Positions 8,007-17,989 of a stretch of DNA of 64,000 nucleotides are shown here, piece by piece. The translations under genes and the position numbers were made by a program. The number at the start of each line of letters is the position of its first letter. Within the stretch, counting starts at the first letter, position 1. The notes below the pieces were generated by a model, which made no database searches, was not told where the DNA came from, and saw only the letters and a program-made list of their open reading frames with translations. Source of the DNA: Hyphomonadaceae bacterium (lineage in GTDB: Bacteria > Pseudomonadota > Alphaproteobacteria > Caulobacterales > Aquidulcibacteraceae); assembly GCA_050186805.1 (NCBI GenBank), contig JBFWYC010000002.1, positions 65,492-129,491 of the forward strand. Direction: 5' to 3'.

Positions 8007-9656
8007 CTAGCCGTCTGAATCGAGGCTGAGCAGGAGTGCGCTCATATTCTGGATGAAGGCGCCGGTTGAGATGCCGATGATCGGCGAGGATGTCGTGAAA
8101 GGCGACGTGTCGGTCGCGTCGCCGACCAAAGTTTGTGCAAAATCCCCTGGCGCGGGCGTTGTGGCGCCGTCGCCCGCGTACGGGTTGCTCGTCGCCGTAA
8201 GCGGCGTCGGCCAATAGCCCTCGGTATTGAGCGACGAGACAAGCTCCCGGATGCGCTCGGGCGTCGGCAACCCCACTGCCCCTGACCCGAGGTTGGAATT
8301 GAGGTCGGACACCTCAATGTTCTGCGTCGTGAAATAGCGCGGCAGTCGGAAGTCGGCGCGCCGCTCCAACGGATTTGCCCCCGCGGAGATAATCGGCGTC
8401 GTGTCGCGGAGCAGCGCATAGCGTGTGCGTAGCGCCTCGACATCGAGGGCGCGCCATTGCGAATAGTGGGTGATCGGTTTGGCGGGATCATAGTCCCAAT
8501 AATATTCGCCGTTGACGACATTGGAGCCGCGGCGATGATTGATGCGTGCGCGGTTGGTCCCAAGTTCGGTGAAGGTCGGATAGCGCCGGCCAGGGACTTG
8601 CACCTGATCTTCCGGCAAGCGCACCGACTCCAGCCAGGCGATGGCTTCCGGCACGCGCGCCAGGAAGCGCGCCTCGCCCGTCCATTCGTAGAAGCTCATC
8701 ACCTGATTGGTGTTCAGATACGTGGTGTGCGCGGTGAGCGCTTCCGGTTCGTAGGTGCGCGCGCCGCGCGGCGCGAGCGTTTGGGCGTCGTGCTGCAAAC
8801 CCCAGCCCGCTTGCGGCGCCGGCTGCTGCGTCGCCAGGAAAATGTCCATGGCGCGGCGGATGGCGGCGAGCGCGCGCTCATCGCCCAGCGTTTGATAGAC
8901 CATCAGCAGAAACTTGATGTTTTCGCCGGCGACATCGTCGTTGAAGGTGATGTGGCGGGTGTAATCGGGGCGGCCGTGCAAACCGCCGTGATCGACGAAC
9001 GGAAAACGCTGCGGCCAGCCGCCATTTTCGTATTGGCTGTCGAGCACGAAGCTGACGGCGCGTTCGAGCGGCGCACGCAAACGCTGCGCCCGGCGCTCAA
9101 GATAAAGACGCAGCAGGAATTGCGATGCCTCCGACGTACCGGCGTCATCGAAGGTCGCGTTGCCGTAGTAATGATGGAATTCTTCTAGCCGCCAGCCGTT
9201 TTTGCCGATCGTGTCGTACCAGCGGCGGGTCGAGTCCTCGCCGGCGAAGTCATGCAGATAATTCCAGCCGCCGGCGGGGTGCTGGGCGGCGATCAGTCCA
9301 TCCGCGACCTCCATCGCCGCTTGATAGTAAAACTCATCGCGCGTGGCGTGATAGCAATCGAGATAGAGATGGCCGACCGTGGCGGTGCCCGGCGGCTGAA
9401 TCCAGATCATCGTCGGATAGGCTTCCATCTCGCCCCAGCGGCGCGAGAAATCCGGCAGATAGCTCCACACATAACCGCCGCGATACGCCGCCTGCTCGCG
9501 CATGAAGCGCGCGGCGCGCTTCATCGTGGCGCGAACCTCGGCACTGCTACCGGTGTCAGCGGCGGGCGAAAAAAAAGACGCGCAAGCGCTCGTCAGCGCA
9601 GCGCCGGACGCAGCGGCCAGCAGGCGGCGGCGCGATGTCAGCGTCGAAAGTCCCAT
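8007..9656 (-). CDS. Tat-exported alpha/alpha-toroid protein, putative PelA/Pel-15E (PL10)-like lyase
   Basis: SRRRLLAAA twin-arginine signal. Repeated aromatic/GGW motifs (AGGWNY, NGGWPQRFP). The enzyme family is tentative. Confidence 0.6.
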   Translation of the reverse strand: MGLSTLTSRRRLLAAASGAALTSACASFFSPAADTGSSAEVRATMKRAARFMREQAAYRGGYVWSYLPDFSRRWGEMEAYPTMIWIQPPGTATVGHLYLDCYHATRDEFYYQAAMEVADGLIAAQHPAGGWNYLHDFAGEDSTRRWYDTIGKNGWRLEEFHHYYGNATFDDAGTSEASQFLLRLYLERRAQRLRAPLERAVSFVLDSQYENGGWPQRFPFVDHGGLHGRPDYTRHITFNDDVAGENIKFLLMVYQTLGDERALAAIRRAMDIFLATQQPAPQAGWGLQHDAQTLAPRGARTYEPEALTAHTTYLNTNQVMSFYEWTGEARFLARVPEAIAWLESVRLPEDQVQVPGRRYPTFTELGTNRARINHRRGSNVVNGEYYWDYDPAKPITHYSQWRALDVEALRTRYALLRDTTPIISAGANPLERRADFRLPRYFTTQNIEVSDLNSNLGSGAVGLPTPERIRELVSSLNTEGYWPTPLTATSNPYAGDGATTPAPGDFAQTLVGDATDTSPFTTSSPIIGISTGAFIQNMSALLLSLDSDG

Positions 9657-9677
9657 CGTTCAGCGTCCCTTCCCGGC

Positions 9678-11183
9678 TCAGCGCGACGGCCCGGGCGGGG
9701 GTGGCGCGAGCAGATGTTTTCTAATCTTGCCCGCGGCGGTGCGCGGGAAATCGTCCACGAAGGTCACGTGGCGCGGGGTTTTATAGCCGGCGAGGCTGGC
9801 CCGGCAAAACTGAATCACATCCGCCGCGCCGGGGGGCGGCGCGCCCGGCCGCAGAAGGATGAAAGCGTGGCCGACCTCGCCCCATTTCTCGTCGGACACC
9901 CCAACGACGGCGGCCTCCAGCACGGCAGGATGGCGCGCCAAGACGTTTTCGACCTCAGCCGGGTACACGTTCTCGCCGCCTGAAATGTACATCTCCTTGA
10001 TCCGCCCGGCGACGTAATAGCAGCCATCGGCGTCGCGCCGGCCGGTATCGCCGCTCTTGAGCCAACCATCGGGCGTGAACGTCTTGGCGGTCTCCTCGGG
10101 CCGGTTCCAGTAGCCTGGCGTCAGCCCCGCGCCGCGCATCCATATTTCGCCAGTGGCGCCCTCGGGCGCATCGGCGCCATCGGGGTCGACGATGCGGACG
10201 TCGAGCAAGAGTTGCGGTTTGCCGACCGAGCCGATCTTGGTGAGCGCATCTTCCGGCGCCGCGACGAACGCCGTCGGCCCGGTTTCCGTCATGCCATACC
10301 CGTTGCACACCCGCACGCCCTTGGCCGCGAAGCGCTCGACCAACACATCGCTTAAAGGCGCGCCGCCACACCCCCACGCCCGCACGCGCGAGAGATCGGC
10401 GCTCTCAAACGCCGGATGCAGCGAGAGCTGCTGATACACGGCCGGCACGCCAAAGAAGACATCGAGCCGCGGCATCAAGGCGAGCGCGCGCGCTTCGTCG
10501 AACGACGGCATCACGATCACCGTCCCGCCGGCCATCAGCGTCGGCAGCGTGACCAGCTGCACGCCGGCCGTGTGGAAGAGCGGCAGAAAGTTGAGCGTCG
10601 TGTCGGCGCCGCTGACGCCGAACGCCTGGCTGACGTGGAAGGCGTTCACCGCCGACATCTGAAACGTCTGGATGACGCCCTTCGGCGCGCCTGTCGTGCC
10701 CGACGTGTAGCTCAGAAACCAGACCGCATCGCCGCCCCAGCGACGCTCGGCGGCAAACGGCGGCGCGGCGGCCAGGGCTGGCTCATAAGCTTCGTCCAAG
10801 GGCAAAGCGCACATGTCGCCACGCACAAGCGCCCGCGCCGCTTCAACATCCTCAACCCCGAAAACCAGCGCTTTTGGCGCACAATCGGCCATCACGCCGC
10901 TGAGCTCGGTCGCCGGCGCACGCCAGTTCAGCGGCACAAGGATTGCGCCGAGCTTGCCGCACGCGAACAGTACTTCGAAGAACTCGATGCGATTGCGGCA
11001 GAGGATGGCGACCCGATCGCCGCGCTCGACGCCAAGCGCCGCAAGCACGGAAGCCGCGCGCGCTGCGCGATCGTCAAGCGCGGCATAGGTGAGCGTCCGT
11101 CCGCTCACCGCGTCTTCGAACGCGATGCGATTCGGCGTCAGCGCCGCCCGCTTCGCTGTGATGTCGACCAGGTCGACACCCAT
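9678..11183 (-). CDS. AMP-dependent acyl-CoA synthetase/ligase
   Basis: AMP-binding motif SYTSGTTGAPKGV, plus YGMTE, SGDTGRRDADGYY and a C-terminal GKIRK lysine motif. Confidence 0.9.
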   Translation of the reverse strand: MGVDLVDITAKRAALTPNRIAFEDAVSGRTLTYAALDDRAARAASVLAALGVERGDRVAILCRNRIEFFEVLFACGKLGAILVPLNWRAPATELSGVMADCAPKALVFGVEDVEAARALVRGDMCALPLDEAYEPALAAAPPFAAERRWGGDAVWFLSYTSGTTGAPKGVIQTFQMSAVNAFHVSQAFGVSGADTTLNFLPLFHTAGVQLVTLPTLMAGGTVIVMPSFDEARALALMPRLDVFFGVPAVYQQLSLHPAFESADLSRVRAWGCGGAPLSDVLVERFAAKGVRVCNGYGMTETGPTAFVAAPEDALTKIGSVGKPQLLLDVRIVDPDGADAPEGATGEIWMRGAGLTPGYWNRPEETAKTFTPDGWLKSGDTGRRDADGCYYVAGRIKEMYISGGENVYPAEVENVLARHPAVLEAAVVGVSDEKWGEVGHAFILLRPGAPPPGAADVIQFCRASLAGYKTPRHVTFVDDFPRTAAGKIRKHLLAPPPPGPSR

Positions 11184-11205
11184 GCCTTGCCTCCCACGCG
11201 CGTAT

Positions 11206-11856
11206 CTATTCTGAAGACGCGTCCTTGCCTCTGCGCGGCGCCAGACCGTTGATCATCAGATCGGCGGCGGCCTCCGACACGCTTTCGATATCGGCGGCGT
11301 CTTCCCACACGCCATATTTCAAACCCAGGAACGTCGAGGCGCCCATCAGCGCCCACACCCGCACCTCGTCCTCGCCGGCGCTGATTTCGCCGCGCGCTGC
11401 AGCTTGCGACAATTGCTGGCGATACGCTTCCGAGAACACCCGGTAATAGGCGCGGTAAGCTTCCGGCGCCACGAACTGCGCCTCCATGATGATGCGATAG
11501 AGCGCTTTGTGGGTGCGCACGAAATCGATGTAAGCGCGAATGCCCAAACGCTCGGCTTCGATACGGTTCGGCGCGTCCTTGATGCTTTCGCTCAAGGCAT
11601 GGCGCGTGCGCGCGCCCATGTCGGCGACCAGCGCCCGAAACACTTCTTCCTTGCTCTTGAAGTAGACGTAGAAGGTGCCGAGCCCGACGCCCGCGCGTTG
11701 GGTGATGTTGCTGATCGCGGTCTCATGATAGCCGCGCGCGCCAAATTCCTCTCCCGCAGCGTCAAGCAGGCGCCGAAGCGTACGTCGCCCGCGCTCGGTC
11801 TTCGGACCGGAGCGCTCCTCCAGGGTCGTTTGGTCAGAACCTGAATGTTGACTCAT
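11206..11856 (-). CDS. TetR/AcrR family transcriptional regulator
   Basis: N-terminal HTH: FGARGYHETAISNITQRAGVGLGTFYVYFKSKEE. Confidence 0.9.
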   Translation of the reverse strand: MSQHSGSDQTTLEERSGPKTERGRRTLRRLLDAAGEEFGARGYHETAISNITQRAGVGLGTFYVYFKSKEEVFRALVADMGARTRHALSESIKDAPNRIEAERLGIRAYIDFVRTHKALYRIIMEAQFVAPEAYRAYYRVFSEAYRQQLSQAAARGEISAGEDEVRVWALMGASTFLGLKYGVWEDAADIESVSEAAADLMINGLAPRRGKDASSE

Positions 11857-11937
11857 GTTTCAAGTCTCGGCTAAGACAGGGGACAAGACAAGAAGATTCC
11901 AGGCCGAGAACGGCCCGGATCGGGGGGAAATCCGGTT

Positions 11938-12792
11938 ATGCCGGTCATCGCGTTGCCAGACGGGGCGGCTATGTCCTACGCCGACGAAGGCGCAGGGTCT
12001 CCGCTTGTCCTGGTCCATGGCTGGGCCGGAAATCAGCATTTTTTCAAAGACCTGAGCGCGCGGCTCGCGAAAACCCACCGGGTTCTCACGCTGACGCTGC
12101 GCGCCCATCCGGGCTCCGACCAAGGCCAAGCTCCTCTCACCATCGAGACGCTGGCCGACGATATCGTGCATTTCTTCCAGGCGCTCGACCTAAAGGCGGC
12201 GACGGCGCTGGGCTGGTCGATGGGCGCCATGGCCGTGTGGGCGGCGGCGCCCACGCTCGGCGCCCGGCTTGAGGCGATCATCGTCGAAGACATGGCCCCG
12301 CGGCTGCCGAACGACGCCAGCTGGAGCCATGGCCTGCAGCCTGGCTACAGCGCCGAGGACGTCATCGCGACGGTGTCCGAGATCGACGCTGACTGGCCGG
12401 CTTACGTCTCGCGCTTCGCCCCGCGCATGTTCGCGCCCGGCGCCCGCGCGGCGCGGCCCGAGCAAGTCGATTGGGCGATCGCTGAAATGGCGAAGGCCGA
12501 GCCGCACGCCATGGCGTCCTATTGGCGCTCGATGGCGGCGCAGGATTTCCGCGGCGCGCTCGCCCGCATCACGCAGCCGATGCTCGTGATCCATGGCGGC
12601 GAAAGCCAAGTCTATCCCGACGGCGCGACCGCGTTCGTCGCCAACACAGCTCCCCGTGGCGAGCGCGTGGTGATCCCAGGCGCCGGCCACGTGCCGCATC
12701 TCGAAGCGGCAGACATTTTTTTCAACCAGGTCGAGGCTTTCGTCCGCACGCAGCGGCGGCCCGAAACGAAGAGCGGAGGAGCAGTCCCATGA
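11938..12792 (+). CDS. Alpha/beta-fold hydrolase
   Basis: LVLVHGW oxyanion region, GWSMGA nucleophile elbow and C-terminal GAGHVPHLE. Confidence 0.85.
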   Translation: MPVIALPDGAAMSYADEGAGSPLVLVHGWAGNQHFFKDLSARLAKTHRVLTLTLRAHPGSDQGQAPLTIETLADDIVHFFQALDLKAATALGWSMGAMAVWAAAPTLGARLEAIIVEDMAPRLPNDASWSHGLQPGYSAEDVIATVSEIDADWPAYVSRFAPRMFAPGARAARPEQVDWAIAEMAKAEPHAMASYWRSMAAQDFRGALARITQPMLVIHGGESQVYPDGATAFVANTAPRGERVVIPGAGHVPHLEAADIFFNQVEAFVRTQRRPETKSGGAVP

Positions 12793-15041
12793 AGCGGTTT
12801 GGCGATTCGGCGCGGTATGCGCTGTTGTTTGCGAGCGTGTGCGCCGCGCCGATGGCGCTGTGCACGCCGGCGTTCGCTCAAGACGAGGCAGGCGCCACGT
12901 CGGAAGAGGAAGTTGTGGTCACCGCGCGCCGTCGTGCGGAAAACCTGCAAGACGTACCGATCGCCATCACTGTGCAATCGGCCGAGCAACTCGACCAGCG
13001 CGGCGCCACCGACATCACCGTGCTGCAGCAAACGACGCCGAACGCGACAGTTCAGGTCGCGCGCGGTTCAAACTCGACGCTCATCGCCTTCATCCGCGGC
13101 GTCGGCCAGCAGGACCCGCTTTGGGGCTTCGAGCCGGGCGTGGGCCTCTATGTCGATGACGTGTACGTCGCCCGTCCGCAGGCCGCGGTGCTCGACATTT
13201 TCGACATCGAGCGCATCGAAGTGCTGCGCGGGCCGCAAGGCACGCTCTATGGCCGCAACACGGTCGGCGGCGCGGTCCGCTACGTGACGCGCGAACTGAA
13301 CACGGATGAAGCCGAGCTCACGGCGCGCTTCAATTTCGGTTCCTACAACCAGATGGAAGCCATTCTCTCCGGCTCGGTTCCGCTGACGGAAAATTTCGTC
13401 ATCGGCGGCGCGCTCGCGCTCTATGCGCGCGACGGCTACGGCGAGAACCTCGTCACCGGCGCCGAGCACTACAACAAGGACGTCGATGCGTTCCGCGTCA
13501 GCGCGCAGTGGACGCCGACCGATGCGCTCACCATCCGCCTGACCGCAGACGGCGTGCGCGACGATTCAGCCCCGCGCCACGGGCATCGCTTGACCAGCTT
13601 CCCGGCGGGCGGCCCGTCCTACGACGTGCTCGACGATATTTATGACACCCGCGCCGGCTCCGGCGATTTCAACCGCGTCACCACGTCGGGCGAGTCGCTG
13701 CATATCGACTACGAGCTGTCCGACAACATCACGCTGCGTTCGATCACCGCGGCGCGCCGCGGCAAGACCAACGGCACCATCGACTTCGACAACACGGAAT
13801 TCCCGACACTCGACATTCCAGCATTCTATCACGACGAGCAGTTCACCCAGGAATTCCAAGTCCTGTTCAACTATGATCGCGTGCAAGGCGTCGCCGGCCT
13901 GTTCTATCTCGACGGCATGGCCGAAGGCGCGTTCGACACAGTGCTCGGCCTCGCCGGCCCGCTGACGATCTTCACGCAAGGCCAGGTCGATACCGAGTCG
14001 CTCGCCGCGTTCGCTGACGTCAATATCGACATCACCGAGTCGCTCGCGCTTTCCGTCGGCGCCCGCTGGACGCGCGATGAAAAGACCGGCCAAGTCTATC
14101 GTCAGAACTTCACCGGCATCCGCAGCCCGTTCTTCGGCAACGCGGCGGCTGTGCCCGGCTTGATCCGCACGAACTATACCAACGATGCGGAATTCGAAGA
14201 GGTGACCCCGCGCGTCTCGCTGACGTGGGAGCCGACAGACTCGCTCACCATCTATGGCTCGTACAGCCAAGGCTTCAAGTCCGGCGGCTTCGACATGCGC
14301 GGCGACGCGGTGTTCACGCCGGATACGGTCAACGGGTATGACCCAGAGTTCGTCGACACTTACGAACTGGGCTTCCATTCGTCATTCCTGGCAGGCCGCG
14401 TGAATCTGAGCGGCGCGGTCTTCATGTCTGAGTACACCGACATGCAGATCACCCGTCAGGAGCCGACCACGCTCGGCGGCATCGCATCGTTTGTGGACAA
14501 CGCCGCGTCGGCCGACATCACCGGCGCCGAACTCGAAGGCACGATCTTCGTCACTGACAATCTGCGCGCCAATTTCGCCGTCGGTTACATCGAAGGCGAG
14601 TTTAACGAGTACCTGTCCAACACAGTCGTCGCCAATCCGGCCCCGCCGCCGGCGACGATCGTGGTGCCGATCGATCTGTCGGGCTCGGCGGCGCTCCAAA
14701 ACACGCCGGATTGGACCGCCTCGGCCTCGTTCACGTACACGATGCCAGTGTTCAACGGCGCGCTCGCCTTCACGCCGTCGGTCGCCTATCGCGGCGACAG
14801 CCAGATGTTCGAGTTCGCCAACCCGGTCCTCGATCAGCAAGCGTATACGCTCTACAACGCGTCGCTGACCTGGACCTCGGACAGCGATCACCTCCGCCTC
14901 GGCCTGCATGCGCTGAACCTGGGCGATGAAGAGTATCGCGTCGGCGGCTACAACTTCCCCGGCGCCACGTTCGGCAATTCGATCATCGGCTTCTACGGCC
15001 CGCCGCAGACGATCACCGGCTCGATCGAATTCCGCTTCTAA
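12789..15041 (+). CDS. TonB-dependent outer-membrane receptor
   Basis: Start chosen at MKRFG (ATGA overlap with the hydrolase). Signal peptide ending AFAQ, plug motifs (VVVTARRR, IERIEVLRGPQGTLYGRNT) and a terminal aromatic ...IEFRF. Confidence 0.9.
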   Translation: MKRFGDSARYALLFASVCAAPMALCTPAFAQDEAGATSEEEVVVTARRRAENLQDVPIAITVQSAEQLDQRGATDITVLQQTTPNATVQVARGSNSTLIAFIRGVGQQDPLWGFEPGVGLYVDDVYVARPQAAVLDIFDIERIEVLRGPQGTLYGRNTVGGAVRYVTRELNTDEAELTARFNFGSYNQMEAILSGSVPLTENFVIGGALALYARDGYGENLVTGAEHYNKDVDAFRVSAQWTPTDALTIRLTADGVRDDSAPRHGHRLTSFPAGGPSYDVLDDIYDTRAGSGDFNRVTTSGESLHIDYELSDNITLRSITAARRGKTNGTIDFDNTEFPTLDIPAFYHDEQFTQEFQVLFNYDRVQGVAGLFYLDGMAEGAFDTVLGLAGPLTIFTQGQVDTESLAAFADVNIDITESLALSVGARWTRDEKTGQVYRQNFTGIRSPFFGNAAAVPGLIRTNYTNDAEFEEVTPRVSLTWEPTDSLTIYGSYSQGFKSGGFDMRGDAVFTPDTVNGYDPEFVDTYELGFHSSFLAGRVNLSGAVFMSEYTDMQITRQEPTTLGGIASFVDNAASADITGAELEGTIFVTDNLRANFAVGYIEGEFNEYLSNTVVANPAPPPATIVVPIDLSGSAALQNTPDWTASASFTYTMPVFNGALAFTPSVAYRGDSQMFEFANPVLDQQAYTLYNASLTWTSDSDHLRLGLHALNLGDEEYRVGGYNFPGATFGNSIIGFYGPPQTITGSIEFRF

Positions 15042-15057
15042 CCTCCTAAACCTCCCC

Positions 15058-15093
15058 GGCGGCGTGAGCTCCCCTCACGCCGCCATTTTCTTT
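15058..15093 (+). terminator. Rho-independent terminator after the TonB-dependent receptor
   Basis: An 11-bp stem GGCGGCGTGAG/CTCACGCCGCC with a 5-nt loop, followed by ATTTTCTTT. Confidence 0.7.
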
Positions 15094-15105
15094 ATGGGTG
15101 GGGAT

Positions 15106-16395
15106 ATGAGCCAAGCCAGCACGCCCGCAAACGACGCAACGCCGCGCGCGGACGCCAATCGCTACGTCGTGCTGGGGCTTCTCTTTCTCGTCTACACGTT
15201 CAATTTCATCGATCGGCAGATCATCGGCATTCTCGCCGCGCCGATCCAGGAAGAGCTGGGCGTCAACGACGCTCAAATGGGCCTCCTCGGCGGGCTCGCC
15301 TTCGCGCTTTTCTATACCGGGCTCGGCATCCCGATCGCCTATTGGGCCGATCGTTGGAGCCGCACCTGGATCATGACCATCGCACTCACGCTGTGGAGCG
15401 GCTTCACCGCGCTCTGCGGCGCGGCGACGAACTACACGACGCTATTTCTGGCGCGCATGGGTGTCGGCGTCGGCGAAGCCGGCGGCGTTGCGCCTGCTTA
15501 CTCGCTCATCTCCGACTATTTTCCACCGAAGGAGCGCGCCCGCGCCCTGGCGGTTTATTCGTTCGGCATTCCCATCGGCAGCGCTGCCGGCATCGCCCTC
15601 GGCGGCATCGTCGCGAGCCTGGTGGATTGGCGCGTCGCCTTCATCGTCGTCGGCCTCGCTGGCATCGCCATCGCGCCGCTCTTTCGCGCCTTCGTGCGCG
15701 AGCCGGAACGCGGCCGCTTCGACATAAAAACTGAGGGCGCTCCGCCGCGCGCCGGATTCTTCGAAGCCTTGGGCATCGTTGCAAGGAAGCCTAGCTTCTG
15801 GCTGCTCTCGTTCGGCGCCTCATGCTCGTCGATCATGGGCTACGGTTCGTTCTTCTGGATCCCCAGCTTCTTGCGCCGCTCCTACGATTTCGATCTGCAA
15901 CAGGCGGCGTTCTTTTATTCTGCGATCCTGCTGGTGGGCGGCGTTGTCGGGGTGTGGCTCGGCGGCATGCTCGGCGACAAACTCGGCGCCAAACGACGGG
16001 CGATGTTCGCGCTGGTGCCGGCGGGCGCCTGGATCCTGGCTGCGCCTTGCTATGCGCTGGGCTTGCTCTCGCCTTCGCCGACGGTAGCGTTTTTCCTATT
16101 CCTGGCGCCGACAGCGCTCGGCCTGGTTTGGCTCGGCCCGGTGATCGCGGCAGTCCAGCATCTCGCTCCCGCACACATGCGAACGACGGCGTCGGCGAGC
16201 TTTCTCTTCATCAACAATCTGATCGGGATCGGCTTCGGCACCTGGGCGCTCGGGCAATTGTCGGATGTGCTGAGCGCACAGTTTGGCGAGGAATCGCTGC
16301 GCTATTCGATCCTGGCCGGCACCGGTTTCTACGTCCTGGCGGCCCTGCTCTACCTGATCGCGGCGCGCACGTTGAAACGCGACTGGGTCGACTGA
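15106..16395 (+). CDS. MFS transporter
   Basis: 12-TM-like hydrophobic profile. N-terminal MFS motif FNFIDRQIIG and loop motif ADRWSR. Start chosen after the GGGTGGGGA Shine-Dalgarno-like run. Confidence 0.85.
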   Translation: MSQASTPANDATPRADANRYVVLGLLFLVYTFNFIDRQIIGILAAPIQEELGVNDAQMGLLGGLAFALFYTGLGIPIAYWADRWSRTWIMTIALTLWSGFTALCGAATNYTTLFLARMGVGVGEAGGVAPAYSLISDYFPPKERARALAVYSFGIPIGSAAGIALGGIVASLVDWRVAFIVVGLAGIAIAPLFRAFVREPERGRFDIKTEGAPPRAGFFEALGIVARKPSFWLLSFGASCSSIMGYGSFFWIPSFLRRSYDFDLQQAAFFYSAILLVGGVVGVWLGGMLGDKLGAKRRAMFALVPAGAWILAAPCYALGLLSPSPTVAFFLFLAPTALGLVWLGPVIAAVQHLAPAHMRTTASASFLFINNLIGIGFGTWALGQLSDVLSAQFGEESLRYSILAGTGFYVLAALLYLIAARTLKRDWVD

Positions 16396-16425
16396 CCCCG
16401 ATCCCCATCGTCTCTTCCCACCCTC

Positions 16426-16457
16426 GGCGGCGCCTCGCAAGCGCCGCCCTTTTCTTT
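16426..16457 (+). terminator. Rho-independent terminator after the MFS gene
   Basis: GGCGGCGC-ctcgcaa-GCGCCGCC followed by CTTTTCTTT. Confidence 0.7.
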
Positions 16458-16480
16458 GGTGCGGCAATCTTACCGTTTGC

Positions 16481-16504
16481 ATATAACTGACTGGTCAGTT
16501 ATAT
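16481..16504. promoter_or_regulatory. Perfect 11-bp-arm palindrome, probable TetR operator
   Basis: ATATAACTGAC-tg-GTCAGTTATAT, an AT-rich island 8 nt upstream of the TetR start at 16512. Confidence 0.6.
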
Positions 16505-16511
16505 AAAGAGT

Positions 16512-17165
16512 ATGGTCGAGCCGGTCGCCAAAACTTCCAGCAAATCAACGTCGCCCCGCTGGCGGCGGCGCGCGGATGCGCGGCCGGATGAGATCCTCGA
16601 CGCGGCGCTGGCCGAATTCACCGCCCGCGGCTTCGACGCGGCGCGCATGGAAGACATCGCCAAGCGCGCGGGCATCTCGAAGGCGGCGATCTATCTCTAT
16701 TTCCCCAGCAAGATGGCGGTGCTGGAGGCGCTGATCGAAGCGAAAGTCTCGCCGCTCGCGCGTCAGGTGCAGCACCTCTCGGACGCCGGACGCGCCGATC
16801 CGCTGATGGCGCTGCGGACGCTCGCCACCGCCGCCGCGCATCTGCTCTCCGACCCGAACCTGTTCGCCGTGCCGCGCCTGGTCATCGGCCTGTCGGGCCG
16901 CTTCCCGGAAATCGCCGACTACTATCGCACGCATGTCGTGGCGCTGGCGCGGGCGGCGCTGGAATCGCTGGTGCAAGCGGCAATGGATCAAGGCGCGATC
17001 CGTCAGATCGACAAGCAGGCCGTCGTGCGCGCCTTCATCGGCCCGCTCTTCTTCGAGGCGATGTGGACGCATGTGCTGCGGGGTGAAAGCGCTCTCGGCG
17101 ATCCGCAAAACCTGATCACCTCACACTTCGACATCCTGCTGAACGGGCTGGAGCACCGCGCATGA
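16512..17165 (+). CDS. TetR/AcrR family transcriptional regulator
   Basis: HTH FTARGFDAARMEDIAKRAGISKAAIYLYFPSK. First gene of the efflux operon. Confidence 0.9.
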   Translation: MVEPVAKTSSKSTSPRWRRRADARPDEILDAALAEFTARGFDAARMEDIAKRAGISKAAIYLYFPSKMAVLEALIEAKVSPLARQVQHLSDAGRADPLMALRTLATAAAHLLSDPNLFAVPRLVIGLSGRFPEIADYYRTHVVALARAALESLVQAAMDQGAIRQIDKQAVVRAFIGPLFFEAMWTHVLRGESALGDPQNLITSHFDILLNGLEHRA

Positions 17166-17989
17166 AGCGCTTCCTCATTCTGCCGCTCGCCTTGCTGGCG
17201 ATCGCATGCTCGCGCCCAGCGAGCGACACGCTGCAAGGCTATGGCGAGGCCGACTATATCTACGTCGCCAGCCAGGAAAGCGGCGTCGTCCGCGAGCTTT
17301 TGGTGCGCGAAGGCGACACCGTCGAGGCCGGCGCGCGCATCTTCACCCTCGATCCGGACCGGCTCGCCTTCAATGCGGAATCGGCCAACGCGCAAAGCGC
17401 CGCCGCCGCCCAAGCGGTGCGCACCGCGCAGGCGCAAGCAACACTCACGCAACGCAATTACGCCCGCGGCGCTGAGCTCTATGAGCGCGGCTTCTATCCG
17501 CGCGCGCGGCTCGACAGCGACCGCGCCGCCATGGATGCGGCGAATGCGCAATTGGCTCAGGCCCGCCGCGAAGCGGGCGCCGCCAGCGCCGCCACTGGGC
17601 TCGCGCGCGAGCGCCTCACCGACGTCAACGGCGATGCGCCCACCGGTGGCAGCATCGAGCAGATTTTCCATCGCCCCGGCGAAGTCGTCACCGCCGGACA
17701 GCCGATCGCTGCGCTGTTGCCGCCTGAAAACATGAAGGTGCGCTTCTTTGCACCGGAGGCGATGCTTGCGCGCCTGCCCGTCGGCGCCCGCGTGCGTGTA
17801 AGCTGCGACGGTTGCGGCGAGGCGGTGGACGCCACGGTCAGCTTCGTTGCGCGCGAACCGCAATTCACGCCGCCGGTTATCTACTCGCTCGACCAGCGCG
17901 AGAAGCTGGTTTTCCTGGTGGAAGCGCGCTTTGCCGGCGCTACGCCGGTGCGCCCCGGCATGCCGGTCGATGTACGGATCGTGCAATGA
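17162..17989 (+). CDS. HlyD-family membrane fusion/periplasmic adaptor protein
   Basis: Lipoprotein-like signal (LAIAC), barrel-sandwich motif VRELLVREGDTVEAGARIFTLD and a coiled-coil middle. ATGA overlaps on both sides. Confidence 0.85.
   Translation: MKRFLILPLALLAIACSRPASDTLQGYGEADYIYVASQESGVVRELLVREGDTVEAGARIFTLDPDRLAFNAESANAQSAAAAQAVRTAQAQATLTQRNYARGAELYERGFYPRARLDSDRAAMDAANAQLAQARREAGAASAATGLARERLTDVNGDAPTGGSIEQIFHRPGEVVTAGQPIAALLPPENMKVRFFAPEAMLARLPVGARVRVSCDGCGEAVDATVSFVAREPQFTPPVIYSLDQREKLVFLVEARFAGATPVRPGMPVDVRIVQ

Noticed and set aside
12522-12788. N-terminal 89-codon extension of the TonB-dependent receptor ORF. Similar long N-extensions occur at 14926, 17812, 18585, 30511, 48879, 57279, 59943 and 63316.
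   Set aside because: The extensions are Arg/Pro-rich and overlap the upstream gene. Internal starts give proper signal peptides or N-termini, and often ATGA coupling or a Shine-Dalgarno site.
17003-17986. Long antisense or alternative-frame ORFs with Arg/Ala/Gly-rich translations (also 1-1152, 18879-19940, 30532-31440, 32207-33520, 57372-58766, 60125-61114 and many others in the track).
   Set aside because: Their composition is typical of off-frame reading in high-GC DNA. Each overlaps a gene with clear family motifs on another frame or strand. They have no motifs of their own.
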